From positions 1 to 44,391 of IMG/VR virus record IMGVR_UViG_3300020045_001573: 44,391 nt of DNA, one strand, 5' to 3'. Each line of letters starts with the position of its first letter. Position 1 is the first letter of the stretch. Below are positions 15,951 through 24,709 of this stretch, piece by piece. Made by a program: the position numbers and the translations under genes. The notes under the pieces are model-generated. The model did no database searches and was not told the origin of the DNA. It saw only the letters and a program-made list of their open reading frames with translations. This DNA comes from a virus. Taxonomy: Duplodnaviria; Caudoviricetes.

Positions 15951-17372
15951 ATGCCACTTAATACAACGGGCTTTGAGCGCCCACGATTAACAGAGATCAA
16001 GGCAGATTATGACCAACGGTTTGCCGATGCTTTAGGGCCGGTTAACACGTCGCCTGACGCGGTTATTGGTCAGATCATTGGCATATTTTCGGCGGCTCTT
16101 GATGATGCTTATGAGACGTTGCAAGACAACTATGATTCGATGTATCCGTACAGTGCCGAAGGAACTAGCCTAGATGGCGCGGTTTCATTCGTTGGCTTGG
16201 AGCGCTTGGGTTCTACTTCAACTACTGTAACAGCTTGCGTTTATGGTGCTGAGTCAACCCTATTACCAATGGGCGTAATGACTCGCGCTGGGTCTGTGCA
16301 ATATGCCACGACTGCCGATACGGTTATCAGTCGGGCTAACGCGCTTGACGTTGAAATTGAAGTCGGCACAGTAGTCAACTCAGTGGCTTATCAGATCATC
16401 GCTGGTGGCGTTTTGGCTCAATATATTAGCGATGCTAGTGCCACGGCTGAAGAGATCATTAACGGCCTTGCAGCGGCGTTTAATCCACTGAATTTCACGG
16501 CGACTGTCACTGGGTCAACTTTGCGGCTGCATAGCTTTGATAAGGTTTCTGATTTCCCATTGACTCTGGATGCAAACCTTACCATCACAAAGCTAGGTTC
16601 ACCGGCTGTTTTCACGGCTATTGAGCTTGGTGCAAGTGCTTTGCCATCGGGTGCTTTGACGGCTATTGATAGCCCTATCCTTGGTTGGGATTCGGTGTCC
16701 AACTTGGTGGTCGGTACTATGGGTCGCGATGTTGAGTCTGACGCTGATTTGCGCACTCGCCATTCGACTAGCATACGGGCCACGGGTAGCGCCACGGTAA
16801 AAGCTATTCGCGCCCGGTTGTTGTCTGATGTACCTGAGATTACAGCCGTTCAGATTTACGAAAATCGCACCTCTGTAGTGGTGGATTCCATGCCATCACA
16901 TAGTTTTGAGACGGTTGTTAGTGGCGGAGCTACTCAGGATATTCTTGATAAGCTTTGGGAACTTAAGCCGGCAGGTATTGAGACATATGGCACCACGTCA
17001 GGCCAGATCATTGATGATAATGGTGACGATCAGACAATCAAGTTTTCCCGCCCGGTTACTCAATACGCTTGGATTCGCGTTTCAGTGGATGCGCTTTACA
17101 CCGAAGAGCCATTGATTAGCTCAGTTCAAGCCTCTATCATTGATGCTGTTCTGACCTATGGCGCAAGCCTAGGCGTTGGCACAGACATCATACCGCAGCG
17201 TTTCTTTGGGCCAATTTACGCATCCACGACCGGTTTAGGACAGATCACGGTGGAGGCTGCGATTACGGCGCTGCCAGGTGATACTCCAAGTTATTCGACT
17301 AATAACATTTCAATCGGTCGAGCTGGTATCTCGGAGTTCGTGACTAACCGTGTAACCGTGGTCGGTGTATGA
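15951..17372 (+). CDS. baseplate J/gp47 family wedge protein
   Basis: AEGTSLD...GRDVESDADLRTR...IYENRT...KPAGIETYG motifs. Confidence 0.9.
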   Translation: MPLNTTGFERPRLTEIKADYDQRFADALGPVNTSPDAVIGQIIGIFSAALDDAYETLQDNYDSMYPYSAEGTSLDGAVSFVGLERLGSTSTTVTACVYGAESTLLPMGVMTRAGSVQYATTADTVISRANALDVEIEVGTVVNSVAYQIIAGGVLAQYISDASATAEEIINGLAAAFNPLNFTATVTGSTLRLHSFDKVSDFPLTLDANLTITKLGSPAVFTAIELGASALPSGALTAIDSPILGWDSVSNLVVGTMGRDVESDADLRTRHSTSIRATGSATVKAIRARLLSDVPEITAVQIYENRTSVVVDSMPSHSFETVVSGGATQDILDKLWELKPAGIETYGTTSGQIIDDNGDDQTIKFSRPVTQYAWIRVSVDALYTEEPLISSVQASIIDAVLTYGASLGVGTDIIPQRFFGPIYASTTGLGQITVEAAITALPGDTPSYSTNNISIGRAGISEFVTNRVTVVGV

Positions 17373-18094
17373 GTTACGTAAGCGACGCGCTATCTCGTAT
17401 CACTAGCCAATTTGAGCAATCACCAAAGGTTTTAGCATTGCTTTCGGCCATTATTGGCCCATTGGACTCATTGCAGGCCACATCTGACAGCGTTAAGACT
17501 GAACGCTGGATTGATACGGCTATCGGAGCGCAGCTTGATGGTTGCGGGTATATTGTTGGCGAGACACGTCAAGGTCGTGATGATGATGCATACCGTGAGG
17601 CCATTAGGTTTCGCGTATTCGTCAATATTTCAGAGGGTACGCCAGCCGCCATGATGAAGGGCTTGGATTACCTGATTGATTCTGATGACAAACAATATCT
17701 AGAGGTTTACCCGGCTACTGTTTTGCTTTTTGGTGATGGGCCTAGTGTTCCCGCTGGAATTAAAGCGCAGATTCAAGACTTGGCACCGGCTGCAATATCT
17801 GACGTGCCAGTTATGGTTAGCTACACTGAAAAACCATTTAGGTTTAGTAAGTCTGCAAACTTACCAACTTTCAAGACTTCGTTCGGTAACTTTTTCAAGC
17901 TGAATGGTCAAAAATTCAGGATGAATACATCATCTATTTTAGTTGATGGACCTACGCTTTCAGGTATCGCTCACGGTGTATTTGCAGCTAATAGCTTACG
18001 GTTTAAAATCAATGGTAAGCGCATCAGAATTCATTCAAGAAACAATGATGTAATTCTTGATTCTGGCTACCATTTAACAGGTGTTTTCCAATGA
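17369..18094 (+). CDS. baseplate wedge protein (DUF2612-like)
   Basis: IDTAIGAQLDGCGYIVG...DDDAYR...GT motif. Confidence 0.85.
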   Translation: MSYVSDALSRITSQFEQSPKVLALLSAIIGPLDSLQATSDSVKTERWIDTAIGAQLDGCGYIVGETRQGRDDDAYREAIRFRVFVNISEGTPAAMMKGLDYLIDSDDKQYLEVYPATVLLFGDGPSVPAGIKAQIQDLAPAAISDVPVMVSYTEKPFRFSKSANLPTFKTSFGNFFKLNGQKFRMNTSSILVDGPTLSGIAHGVFAANSLRFKINGKRIRIHSRNNDVILDSGYHLTGVFQ

Positions 18095-18531
18095 CAAGTT
18101 TCTCAGATACTTATCTGGCCTATTCTGACGGCCAGCAAAACAGCAATCAGCCACCTGATGCAATTATGGCTACCGGCTTTGTCCCAGCTACTTCTGGTAG
18201 CCGTGGTCAGCCTTTGCCTGCGTCTTGGCTGAACTGGCTTTTTAACCGTGTGTTTAAGCATATTAACCGTGATGTAGTCACTGATGATTTAGGTGTTGGA
18301 TTATTCAAAACTGAAGGCGCGATGATTCGCCTTGAAGCTTTTGATTTGTCAGACTCAAATAAATACTTGGTTGCCATTGGTTATAAAACGGCTGGAGTAG
18401 CTCCACAATTGAAGGTTATTTCAAGTGCGACATTAACACTAGGAACGGGTACAATTGACGGCAATCAGCCCATCTCAGGCGGTACTAATGTGAAAATAGT
18501 CGGGTATTCCCGGCAAGTTGGAGAGTTATAA
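18091..18531 (+). CDS. tail fibre-associated protein
   Basis: GF.P....GQPLPASWLNWLFN motif typical of fibre N-termini. Confidence 0.65.
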   Translation: MTSFSDTYLAYSDGQQNSNQPPDAIMATGFVPATSGSRGQPLPASWLNWLFNRVFKHINRDVVTDDLGVGLFKTEGAMIRLEAFDLSDSNKYLVAIGYKTAGVAPQLKVISSATLTLGTGTIDGNQPISGGTNVKIVGYSRQVGEL

Positions 18532-19173
18532 ATGGCTTTGACCACGACTGAAGAAGCGCAATTACGCGCATTGCTTGTAAAACAAACTGAGCTGCTATCA
18601 CTGGCAGCTAGTGAGCCATCTATTATTAGCGAGTTAGGTGCTGGAGATACTACATTTCCAGAATTGACGCCAGCTACAGTTATTAATGATGCTGACTTGC
18701 TTTTGATTCGTCAAGGTACTGAAGAGAAAAGTGCTACTGGTGCAGTTCTTAAAACTACTTTAGGCGGCTTGTTTGCAGCTAAAGGTATAAATACAGATAT
18801 CACTAGCCTTGCATCACCCGCCATTGGATCGGCCACTGCGACTACTCAGGCAACAAATGACAGCACTGCAAAAGTAGCTACTACTGCATTTTCAAACCCA
18901 GGTGCTTTACTTTCTGCAAGTGGTTGGCAAAAACTACCTAGCGGATTGATTATTCAGTGGGGTAGGGCATCAGTGGGAGCGTCATCGTCTCTGACTGTTA
19001 CATTGCCATTGACATTTTTAAATGCTGGTCTACAGGTTTTTGTTAGCGATTATATAAATGGTACTGGTGTTAGTTACGCTCCAAGCGCAACAATTACATC
19101 AACAAGCCAAATTAGCGTAAGCAACTGGGATACTTCAACTGCTAATATTTGCTGGCTTGTTATTGGATACTAA
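18532..19173 (+). CDS. short tail fibre protein (gp53-like C-terminal domain)
   Basis: ATTQATNDSTAKVATTAF and GWQKLPSGLIIQWG...WLVIGY motifs. Confidence 0.85.
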   Translation: MALTTTEEAQLRALLVKQTELLSLAASEPSIISELGAGDTTFPELTPATVINDADLLLIRQGTEEKSATGAVLKTTLGGLFAAKGINTDITSLASPAIGSATATTQATNDSTAKVATTAFSNPGALLSASGWQKLPSGLIIQWGRASVGASSSLTVTLPLTFLNAGLQVFVSDYINGTGVSYAPSATITSTSQISVSNWDTSTANICWLVIGY

Positions 19174-19182
19174 AGGTTAAAC

Positions 19183-19599
19183 ATGTTTTACTCAAAATCA
19201 ACGGGTGGTTTTTACATCACTGAAATCCATGGAAAAAACATTCCTTCTGATGCTGTTGAAATAACATTAGAAGAGCATGAAATTCTAATGTCTGGTCAAT
19301 CTAAAGGTTATCCAATTATCTCAGGAGAAGATGGATACCCTGATCTAGGACCGAAGATTAAATATGTAGAAGTTATTCCATCAATCAGTCCACGCCAAAT
19401 TCGCCAAGCTCTAACAGCCGCTGGACTTCGTGAAGCTGTTGAAGCTGGTGTAGCCACTGGCTCGCCGGACTTGAAGGACTGGTGGGAGTTCTCTGACTCA
19501 TTCGAGCGTCTACATCCTGAAGTTATTGCTTTTGGTGTTGCTCTTAAAAAGTCTGACAAAGAACTTAACGACCTTTGGGCTCTTGGCGCTTCGTTGTGA
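19183..19599 (+). CDS. tail fibre assembly chaperone
   Basis: MFYSKSTGGFY...IPSDAVEIT...GQSKG..I....G.P motif. Confidence 0.8.
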   Translation: MFYSKSTGGFYITEIHGKNIPSDAVEITLEEHEILMSGQSKGYPIISGEDGYPDLGPKIKYVEVIPSISPRQIRQALTAAGLREAVEAGVATGSPDLKDWWEFSDSFERLHPEVIAFGVALKKSDKELNDLWALGASL

Positions 19600-19877
19600 T
19601 TATTGTTTTATTCTTGCTTTACCCACTCGCCATACAATATGAGCGAAGTGGGTTTTGGCGCTTGCTTTTACCTATCGCATTAATCACTGCAATTATTGAC
19701 GTGTACGTAAATTACACAGAGTTGGCATTGATTACATGGGACTGGCCTAAAGCTGGTGAATACACCGTAAGCGATAAGCTAGAGCGCATTAAAAACCTTG
19801 AAGACTGGCGCGGTAAAACTACTCGCTTTTTTGAACCATATCTGGATTATTGTGATCCAGATGGAAACCATATTTAA
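19596..19877 (+). CDS. hypothetical membrane protein
   Basis: GTG start overlapping the previous stop; two hydrophobic stretches; ...LDYCDPDGNH end. Confidence 0.55.
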   Translation: MIIVLFLLYPLAIQYERSGFWRLLLPIALITAIIDVYVNYTELALITWDWPKAGEYTVSDKLERIKNLEDWRGKTTRFFEPYLDYCDPDGNHI

Positions 19878-19882
19878 TAAAT

Positions 19883-20017
19883 ATGACAAGCAATAAACTA
19901 ATAAACAACTTATCACGCGCTTTATGGGATTCAGACTTGATTGCAAGCCGCTTAAGTCTTGCAATTGCTGAATTCTTTTAGGCAGTGATGTTGTTAAATT
20001 TTAAATATAAAATCTAA
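19883..20017 (+). pseudogene. possible gene remnant with in-frame TAG
   Basis: MTSNKLINNLSRALWDSDLIASRLSLAIAEFF*AVMLL..; TAG at 19979-19981 falls inside a hydrophobic run. Confidence 0.3.
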
Positions 20018-20019
20018 AA

Positions 20020-20331
20020 ATGAGCGAAGCACGAATTATTGCCCTTGAGCACCATGCAAAATCAACCGACTCTACTATGGGTCGAGTTGAAACAAAACTA
20101 GATACCATCGTTGAGACTTTGAATAGTTTGGTACGTATTGAAGAACGTCAGAGCGTGATTAATATCAGGCTTAATGAGGGTACAAATACGATGCAAGGTC
20201 ATGAAAAACGAATTCAAGCAATCGAGGTAAAAATGCCTGGTTTGATTGAAAAGGCTGGATGGCTTGTCATGGGTATGCTTGGCGTTATTGGCGTTGTTGG
20301 TGCCGCTTTACTTCATGGAGTTATAAAATGA
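20020..20331 (+). CDS. coiled-coil protein with C-terminal TM helix (holin/antiholin-like)
   Basis: heptad region plus one TM segment, immediately upstream of the endolysin. Confidence 0.6.
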   Translation: MSEARIIALEHHAKSTDSTMGRVETKLDTIVETLNSLVRIEERQSVINIRLNEGTNTMQGHEKRIQAIEVKMPGLIEKAGWLVMGMLGVIGVVGAALLHGVIK

Positions 20332-20382
20332 TGTGCTGGATTGTGATGTTGCACTGGATGCAAAATGAATGGGAAAACATTT

Positions 20383-20790
20383 ATGATAAACAGTCGAAGT
20401 CTTGACGATCTGACGCCAGATACTAAAGAGAAGGCAAAGGCGTTAATCGCTGGTTGCTTGCTTGAAGGTATTGACTTGATTGTGACTAGCACTTACCGTG
20501 ACTATGCTTCGCAGTGTGCCTTGTACGATCAAGGGCGTAAAACAATTGGCAAGATTGTGACTAATGCGAAGCCTGGTTATAGCTTTCACAATCACCGCGT
20601 GGCCTTTGACGTGGTGCCGGTTGTGAATGGAAAGGCTATCTGGGATGATGCCCGCTTATGGTCACGTATCGGCGCTGTAGGTGCCTTGGCTGGCCTTGAA
20701 TGGGGTGGACTTTGGAAGTTCAAAGATAAGCCACACTTTCAAAACACGGGCGGTCATTCTATTTATGACTTTTTGCGGGAGCACGCGTAA
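20383..20790 (+). CDS. endolysin, M15 family L-Ala-D-Glu peptidase
   Basis: TYR...Q..LY.QGR...IVTNAKPGYSFHN...AFD...WGG.W...DKPHFQ. Confidence 0.9.
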   Translation: MINSRSLDDLTPDTKEKAKALIAGCLLEGIDLIVTSTYRDYASQCALYDQGRKTIGKIVTNAKPGYSFHNHRVAFDVVPVVNGKAIWDDARLWSRIGAVGALAGLEWGGLWKFKDKPHFQNTGGHSIYDFLREHA

Positions 20791-21179
20791 TGGCTGATAT
20801 TACCGGACTTGGTGTGGTTTCTGAATTGGCAAATACCGTCATTGGTAAGATTTGGCCAGACAAGTCAGAAGCTGAAAAGCAACAATTGGCAGCGGCTGTT
20901 GCATTGGTTCAAGGTCAGCTAGATGTTAACAAGATTGAAGCCTCTAGCCCGTCTGTTTTCGTATCTGGATGGCGTCCTTTTATCGGATGGGTATGCGGTA
21001 CGGCGTGCGCTTGGAATTGGATTGGAATTTCTGTTGTGTCAACAATTTGCACAATTTTAGAAAACCCTGTTTTACTTCAAAAAGCCGATGTATCTGAAAT
21101 GATGCCGGTGCTTTTAGGATTGCTTGGTCTTGGTGCTTTGCGAACGTATGAAAAAGCCAAAGGAGTAGCAGCACAATAA
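20790..21179 (+). CDS. holin (3TM/GTA-type family)
   Basis: NKIEA....FVSGWRPFIGWVCG...LLGLGALRTYEK motif. Confidence 0.85.
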   Translation: MADITGLGVVSELANTVIGKIWPDKSEAEKQQLAAAVALVQGQLDVNKIEASSPSVFVSGWRPFIGWVCGTACAWNWIGISVVSTICTILENPVLLQKADVSEMMPVLLGLLGLGALRTYEKAKGVAAQ

Positions 21180-21210
21180 AACAAACCCGCGTAATGCGGG
21201 TTTTTTGTTA
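21180..21210. terminator. bidirectional terminator between late and early blocks
   Basis: AAACCCGC-GTAAT-GCGGGTTTTTT between convergent stops. Confidence 0.85.
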
Positions 21211-21549
21211 TGGCATTTGTTTACCAATTTCAGCCGCTGCTCTGACTATTGCGCGGCGAGTGGCGGCTTGTGAATTTGGAAAATTAGGCGTCATCGGCCA
21301 CTCACCTCTATCTTCCAGAAGGCCGCAACTCACTACGGGAGCATCATCTAAGCAGTGCCCAAATTCGACGCATATGTGTAGTGCCACTGCCAGCCTGAAT
21401 GCGTCGCTATTGCTTTTAAGAGGGTTCCATACGGTCGGTTCGCCAAGATTGATATTGATCAGCGGCTCACCAATCGACGAATACCCGCGCCACAGTAACC
21501 CAGCAGCCTTCGCAGCCAACTCCAATAATTCACGATCAGTCATCATCAT
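21208..21549 (-). CDS. hypothetical protein (NinX-like)
   Basis: DRELLELAAKAAG...WNPL....DAFRLAV...ATRRAIVRAAAEIG. Confidence 0.7.
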   Translation of the reverse strand: MMMTDRELLELAAKAAGLLWRGYSSIGEPLININLGEPTVWNPLKSNSDAFRLAVALHICVEFGHCLDDAPVVSCGLLEDRGEWPMTPNFPNSQAATRRAIVRAAAEIGKQMP

Positions 21550-21848
21550 TCCTTCACAAAACAGCCATTAGGCATCAATGTACCTTTACGATCTTTAATC
21601 TCTTGGTAGGCCGAATTCAGGCAAGTAACTAAGTCCAGTTCTTCTTTTTCAGCAACAATAATCAGCGTCACCAACACGTCACCAAGGCCATCAATAACGC
21701 CTACGCGGTCGCCTTTGATTAGTGCGTCTGCCAGTTCACCAAGTTCTGAAACAGTCTTTAGTAGCTGGGTTTGGCTTGTGGCGTTTGGGATAATCTTACG
21801 AGCTTTGGCCCAATTAATAACTTGGGTTTCTAGTGTTTCAAATGTCAT
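21546..21848 (-). CDS. MazG-like nucleotide pyrophosphohydrolase
   Basis: QLLKTVSELGELA...DGLGDVLVTLI...AYQEIKDRKG...FVKE. Confidence 0.85.
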   Translation of the reverse strand: MTFETLETQVINWAKARKIIPNATSQTQLLKTVSELGELADALIKGDRVGVIDGLGDVLVTLIIVAEKEELDLVTCLNSAYQEIKDRKGTLMPNGCFVKE

Positions 21849-22021
21849 TTTGTTTCCTTAAATAAATCAGGTTGATCGTTCGCTATGGCTTGCGAGTTAT
21901 GAGGCTTTGAAGCCTTGTTTTTCAGTTCATCGTAGCAAGTTGGCCCAATGGCCTTTCCATCTAAATAAAAGTGCTTACCGCCTGATTTAAGAGGCTTTCC
22001 ACACTTAAAGCACCTAAGCAT
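21845..22021 (-). CDS. small Zn-finger-like protein (58 aa, not in ORF track)
   Basis: MLRCFKCGKPL...IGPTCY...; overlaps neighbours at both ends. Confidence 0.55.
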   Translation of the reverse strand: MLRCFKCGKPLKSGGKHFYLDGKAIGPTCYDELKNKASKPHNSQAIANDQPDLFKETK

Positions 22022-22487
22022 CCATCAGTCCGAATTCTGAGCGTTTGTTTTTTTGCTTGTTGATTGCCATCTTCAAATACTTGTCATAGTCGCTTCGCGG
22101 GATGCTTTTCCGCTGGGCGTCATGCCAGTCCCAAAGCTCGCGCAAAATTGTAATCTCGCTTTCCCGTGCGTCAAACTTACCCCACTTTTCAACCCGCTTA
22201 ATCAGGCTTGCAATGGCTGTTTTAGCTTGAGCGCATACCGGCATGACTTCAAACTTACCGATGCCATTTTCAGCCATCACTACAGCCATGGAATGCAGCG
22301 CCAGAATGTCATACAAGTCCTGATCTGTTGCCGTATGTTCTTTCATTGATCTAATGGCAGACAATTCACGTATTTGAATATCTCTCAGGATTTGATCGTC
22401 AATAACGCACGCACCATTGATGGCGTGAGCTACGGCGCTAAAACCAGGCGATGTATTCCAGTGCTTGCGCTTGCATGATTTTCTCAT
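22014..22487 (-). CDS. hypothetical protein
   Basis: 157 aa ORF, coupled to neighbours. Confidence 0.7.
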   Translation of the reverse strand: MRKSCKRKHWNTSPGFSAVAHAINGACVIDDQILRDIQIRELSAIRSMKEHTATDQDLYDILALHSMAVVMAENGIGKFEVMPVCAQAKTAIASLIKRVEKWGKFDARESEITILRELWDWHDAQRKSIPRSDYDKYLKMAINKQKNKRSEFGLMDA

Positions 22488-22735
22488 TGCTTGGCTTTCT
22501 GCGCTGCAAGAATGGCATGGGCAAACTCAATGTCGGATTCAAGAACGCGAGGACCACCTGGCCACAGTTTTTCGTAGACATCACTAATTTCATCATCAGT
22601 CAGATCAGTATCTTTCTGTTGAAACTGCTCACGCAATTCATGTTTTGCACCTGGTTTATCAGCAAACCAAGTTCCAAGTTTCTTGTCATAGTCTTGGCTT
22701 AATCCGTTATTCCAGCCAGTTGAATTTTCTTTCAT
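22484..22735 (-). CDS. hypothetical protein
   Basis: 83 aa; LTDDEI...FAHAILAA phage motif. Confidence 0.65.
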   Translation of the reverse strand: MKENSTGWNNGLSQDYDKKLGTWFADKPGAKHELREQFQQKDTDLTDDEISDVYEKLWPGGPRVLESDIEFAHAILAAQKAKQ

Positions 22736-22736
22736 A

Positions 22737-22946
22737 TCAAGCCTTAAAGTAATCGTAAGGTGTCCGCGCCTTGCTTGTCATGCTGACCATGGGCCGGTGA
22801 GCAATTCGCACGCCATTTACAATGCTTGGCTTATCGTAAGCGTCCATCGAGTTAGGCCGTCCGTCCCAGCGTTTCAATTCTTTACCATCATACAAGCCGT
22901 CAAACTTATTTAGTGTTTGTGGTGGTGTTTTCTTTTTGGTTGACAT
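22737..22946 (-). CDS. hypothetical protein
   Basis: 69 aa; RBS AAGGA with CAACAAC leader. Confidence 0.65.
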   Translation of the reverse strand: MSTKKKTPPQTLNKFDGLYDGKELKRWDGRPNSMDAYDKPSIVNGVRIAHRPMVSMTSKARTPYDYFKA

Positions 22947-23076
22947 GTTTTTCCTTTGTGTTGTTGATAAAGTCTTTGGCGATTGATGGCCAGCCCAGTC
23001 GGTAAGCCTTGTCGTATTGGTCCTGAGTAACCCGAACGCGAAGTGTTGGGTATTTTTGGCTTGCGTCTTTGCTCAC
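22906..23076 (-). CDS. possible ribbon-helix-helix-like small protein (56 aa, not in ORF track)
   Basis: GTGA-coupled start; MSKDASQKYPTLRVRVTQDQYDKAYRLGW.. Confidence 0.45.
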   Translation of the reverse strand: MSKDASQKYPTLRVRVTQDQYDKAYRLGWPSIAKDFINNTKEKHVNQKENTTTNTK

Positions 23077-23249
23077 AGGAAATACTCCATTGCAGCGTAA
23101 GCCAAGCCGATACCGATTGAAACTGCCAACATTACGTCAGCAAGTTTCTCGTATTGCATACGCTTATAAGACGTGATTGACGATGCGTAGTTCACCGTTT
23201 TAGGAAATGCTTCGTCAAGCGAGCGTGAGAATTTACGGGTTGTTTCCAT
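23073..23249 (-). CDS. small membrane protein
   Basis: METTRKFSRSLDEAFP plus C-terminal TM helix. Confidence 0.65.
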   Translation of the reverse strand: METTRKFSRSLDEAFPKTVNYASSITSYKRMQYEKLADVMLAVSIGIGLAYAAMEYFL

Positions 23250-23309
23250 TTTTAGACCTTGGTTTGTTGTTGATGGTTTATTGTAGCACATCAAATGCGA
23301 TGAATTGTT

Positions 23310-23603
23310 TTATTTTTGTAATTGTGAATGGTGTGCAAACAGCTTCCACCTTTCAGTAGACTCAATATTGTTAAACCTGTTTTCATCCACTTGATACCAT
23401 CCTTCACCCGCACCATCCCATTCAAGATATACAGGCTCAACGATCTTCGATTCTTCTAGCTTGATGGCTGATTCAAGAGTCATGTACGCAGAATTTGCAA
23501 TTGTGTTTCCAGTGCTGTTGCCAATTGACGGTTCCATGCCAAGCCTGCGTAGCCGGTCGAATTGTTCAAGCGCTACCTTCATCGATTCAATAGCTGTTTT
23601 CAT
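23310..23603 (-). CDS. hypothetical protein
   Basis: 97 aa ORF in the early block. Confidence 0.6.
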   Translation of the reverse strand: MKTAIESMKVALEQFDRLRRLGMEPSIGNSTGNTIANSAYMTLESAIKLEESKIVEPVYLEWDGAGEGWYQVDENRFNNIESTERWKLFAHHSQLQK

Positions 23604-23604
23604 T

Positions 23605-23808
23605 TCAATACTCTACAGAGTCAATTTTGAATTCATGCTCGCAATACTCACATGTAACCTCTCTATCTTTTAGTACTTCCCAGTTGTTGTTAAAGATGGC
23701 GCTTGCCACAATACGGTCATCATCGTTATAGGATATGTCGAATACTTCTTTGCACTCTGGGCATTCAACATCTACAGACCAATCAAGGTAAGCAATTGGA
23801 TTTGTCAT
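23605..23808 (-). CDS. Zn-ribbon protein
   Basis: CPEC and CEYC pairs; RBS AAGGA. Confidence 0.7.
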   Translation of the reverse strand: MTNPIAYLDWSVDVECPECKEVFDISYNDDDRIVASAIFNNNWEVLKDREVTCEYCEHEFKIDSVEY

Positions 23809-23820
23809 TTCATTTCCTTT

Positions 23821-24006
23821 TTAAGCACTCTTACGCGCCTTATAAGACTCAATTTTGTTAACAGCACGATAAACAGTGGTATAACCAACGCCTAAAGCCT
23901 CGGCTATGGCATGGTATGTTCTGCCTTGCTCACGTAGTTTAATCAGCGTAGGCATGATACTTTGGTCAAAAATCCTACGTGCGTCAGTGTCGTTTCTTTT
24001 TGCCAT
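23821..24006 (-). CDS. helix-turn-helix DNA-binding protein
   Basis: LREQGRTYHAIAEALGVGYTTVYR. Confidence 0.75.
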   Translation of the reverse strand: MAKRNDTDARRIFDQSIMPTLIKLREQGRTYHAIAEALGVGYTTVYRAVNKIESYKARKSA

Positions 24007-24008
24007 GA

Positions 24009-24212
24009 TTAAAACGGAACCAAGTAATGAAAGTCGCCGCATTCATTTGGAGAATACATGTAATCGTCAGGAACCAATCCATTGAAAACGCATACGTTTC
24101 CGTTAATCTTATCAAGATTGTCGCAGTCAAAACAACGTTTTTTGTTTAAAAACTCTTCTGCCTCAAGTCGCACGCGCAAAGCTTCTAAGTATTGTTCTTT
24201 GTCAGTCATCAT
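24009..24212 (-). CDS. Cys-rich hypothetical protein
   Basis: CFDC...C...C motif, ends in VPF. Confidence 0.65.
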   Translation of the reverse strand: MMTDKEQYLEALRVRLEAEEFLNKKRCFDCDNLDKINGNVCVFNGLVPDDYMYSPNECGDFHYLVPF

Positions 24213-24438
24213 AATTCTCTGTTTGTTCAAGTGCCATTGTCTCAATGAATCCAATTACCTCAAGTGATAGCAATTCAGCAATATCAACGCCATTGAGTTT
24301 CGCCGTCTCCAGAATGCAGTACCCTGGATTATCTGGCTCCATTTGCACGCAATTCTCACGACTTCCTCGCTCTGGGGGCTCATATTCCAACTCGCATTCA
24401 AGCTCGCCACCGTCGAAAATGTATGTGTAGGTAATCAA
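24202..24438 (-). CDS. acidic hypothetical protein
   Basis: 78 aa, TTG start coupled to the upstream stop. Confidence 0.65.
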   Translation of the reverse strand: MITYTYIFDGGELECELEYEPPERGSRENCVQMEPDNPGYCILETAKLNGVDIAELLSLEVIGFIETMALEQTENYDD

Positions 24439-24644
24439 AGCATCATCTCCAGTTGGTTTGCTGCATTGGTCAATGCTGTAGCCATGTCGCGTGCTTGTTG
24501 TGGCGTCATTGAGTGATGGAAGTGCATGGAACCTGCTTTTTGGTTAATGCTAACAAGCTTTCCGATAGTTGGTTCACTATGAACTGTAGCAATAACAGTT
24601 ACAAAATCCATATTTGTAAAGTTTGGGATTTGTACATCTTCCAT
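24435..24644 (-). CDS. hypothetical protein
   Basis: MTPQQARDMATALTNAA motif. Confidence 0.65.
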   Translation of the reverse strand: MEDVQIPNFTNMDFVTVIATVHSEPTIGKLVSINQKAGSMHFHHSMTPQQARDMATALTNAANQLEMML

Positions 24645-24675
24645 TTTTAGTCTTTCGTGTTGTTGATGCTGTTAG

Positions 24676-24705
24676 TGTAGCACATATCTAAAGATATGAG
24701 CTACA
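24676..24705. promoter_or_regulatory. palindromic operator overlapping an extended -10 promoter
   Basis: TGTAGCACATATC-TAAA-GATATGAGCTACA (12/13 inverted match). Confidence 0.6.
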
Positions 24706-24709
24706 TTGC

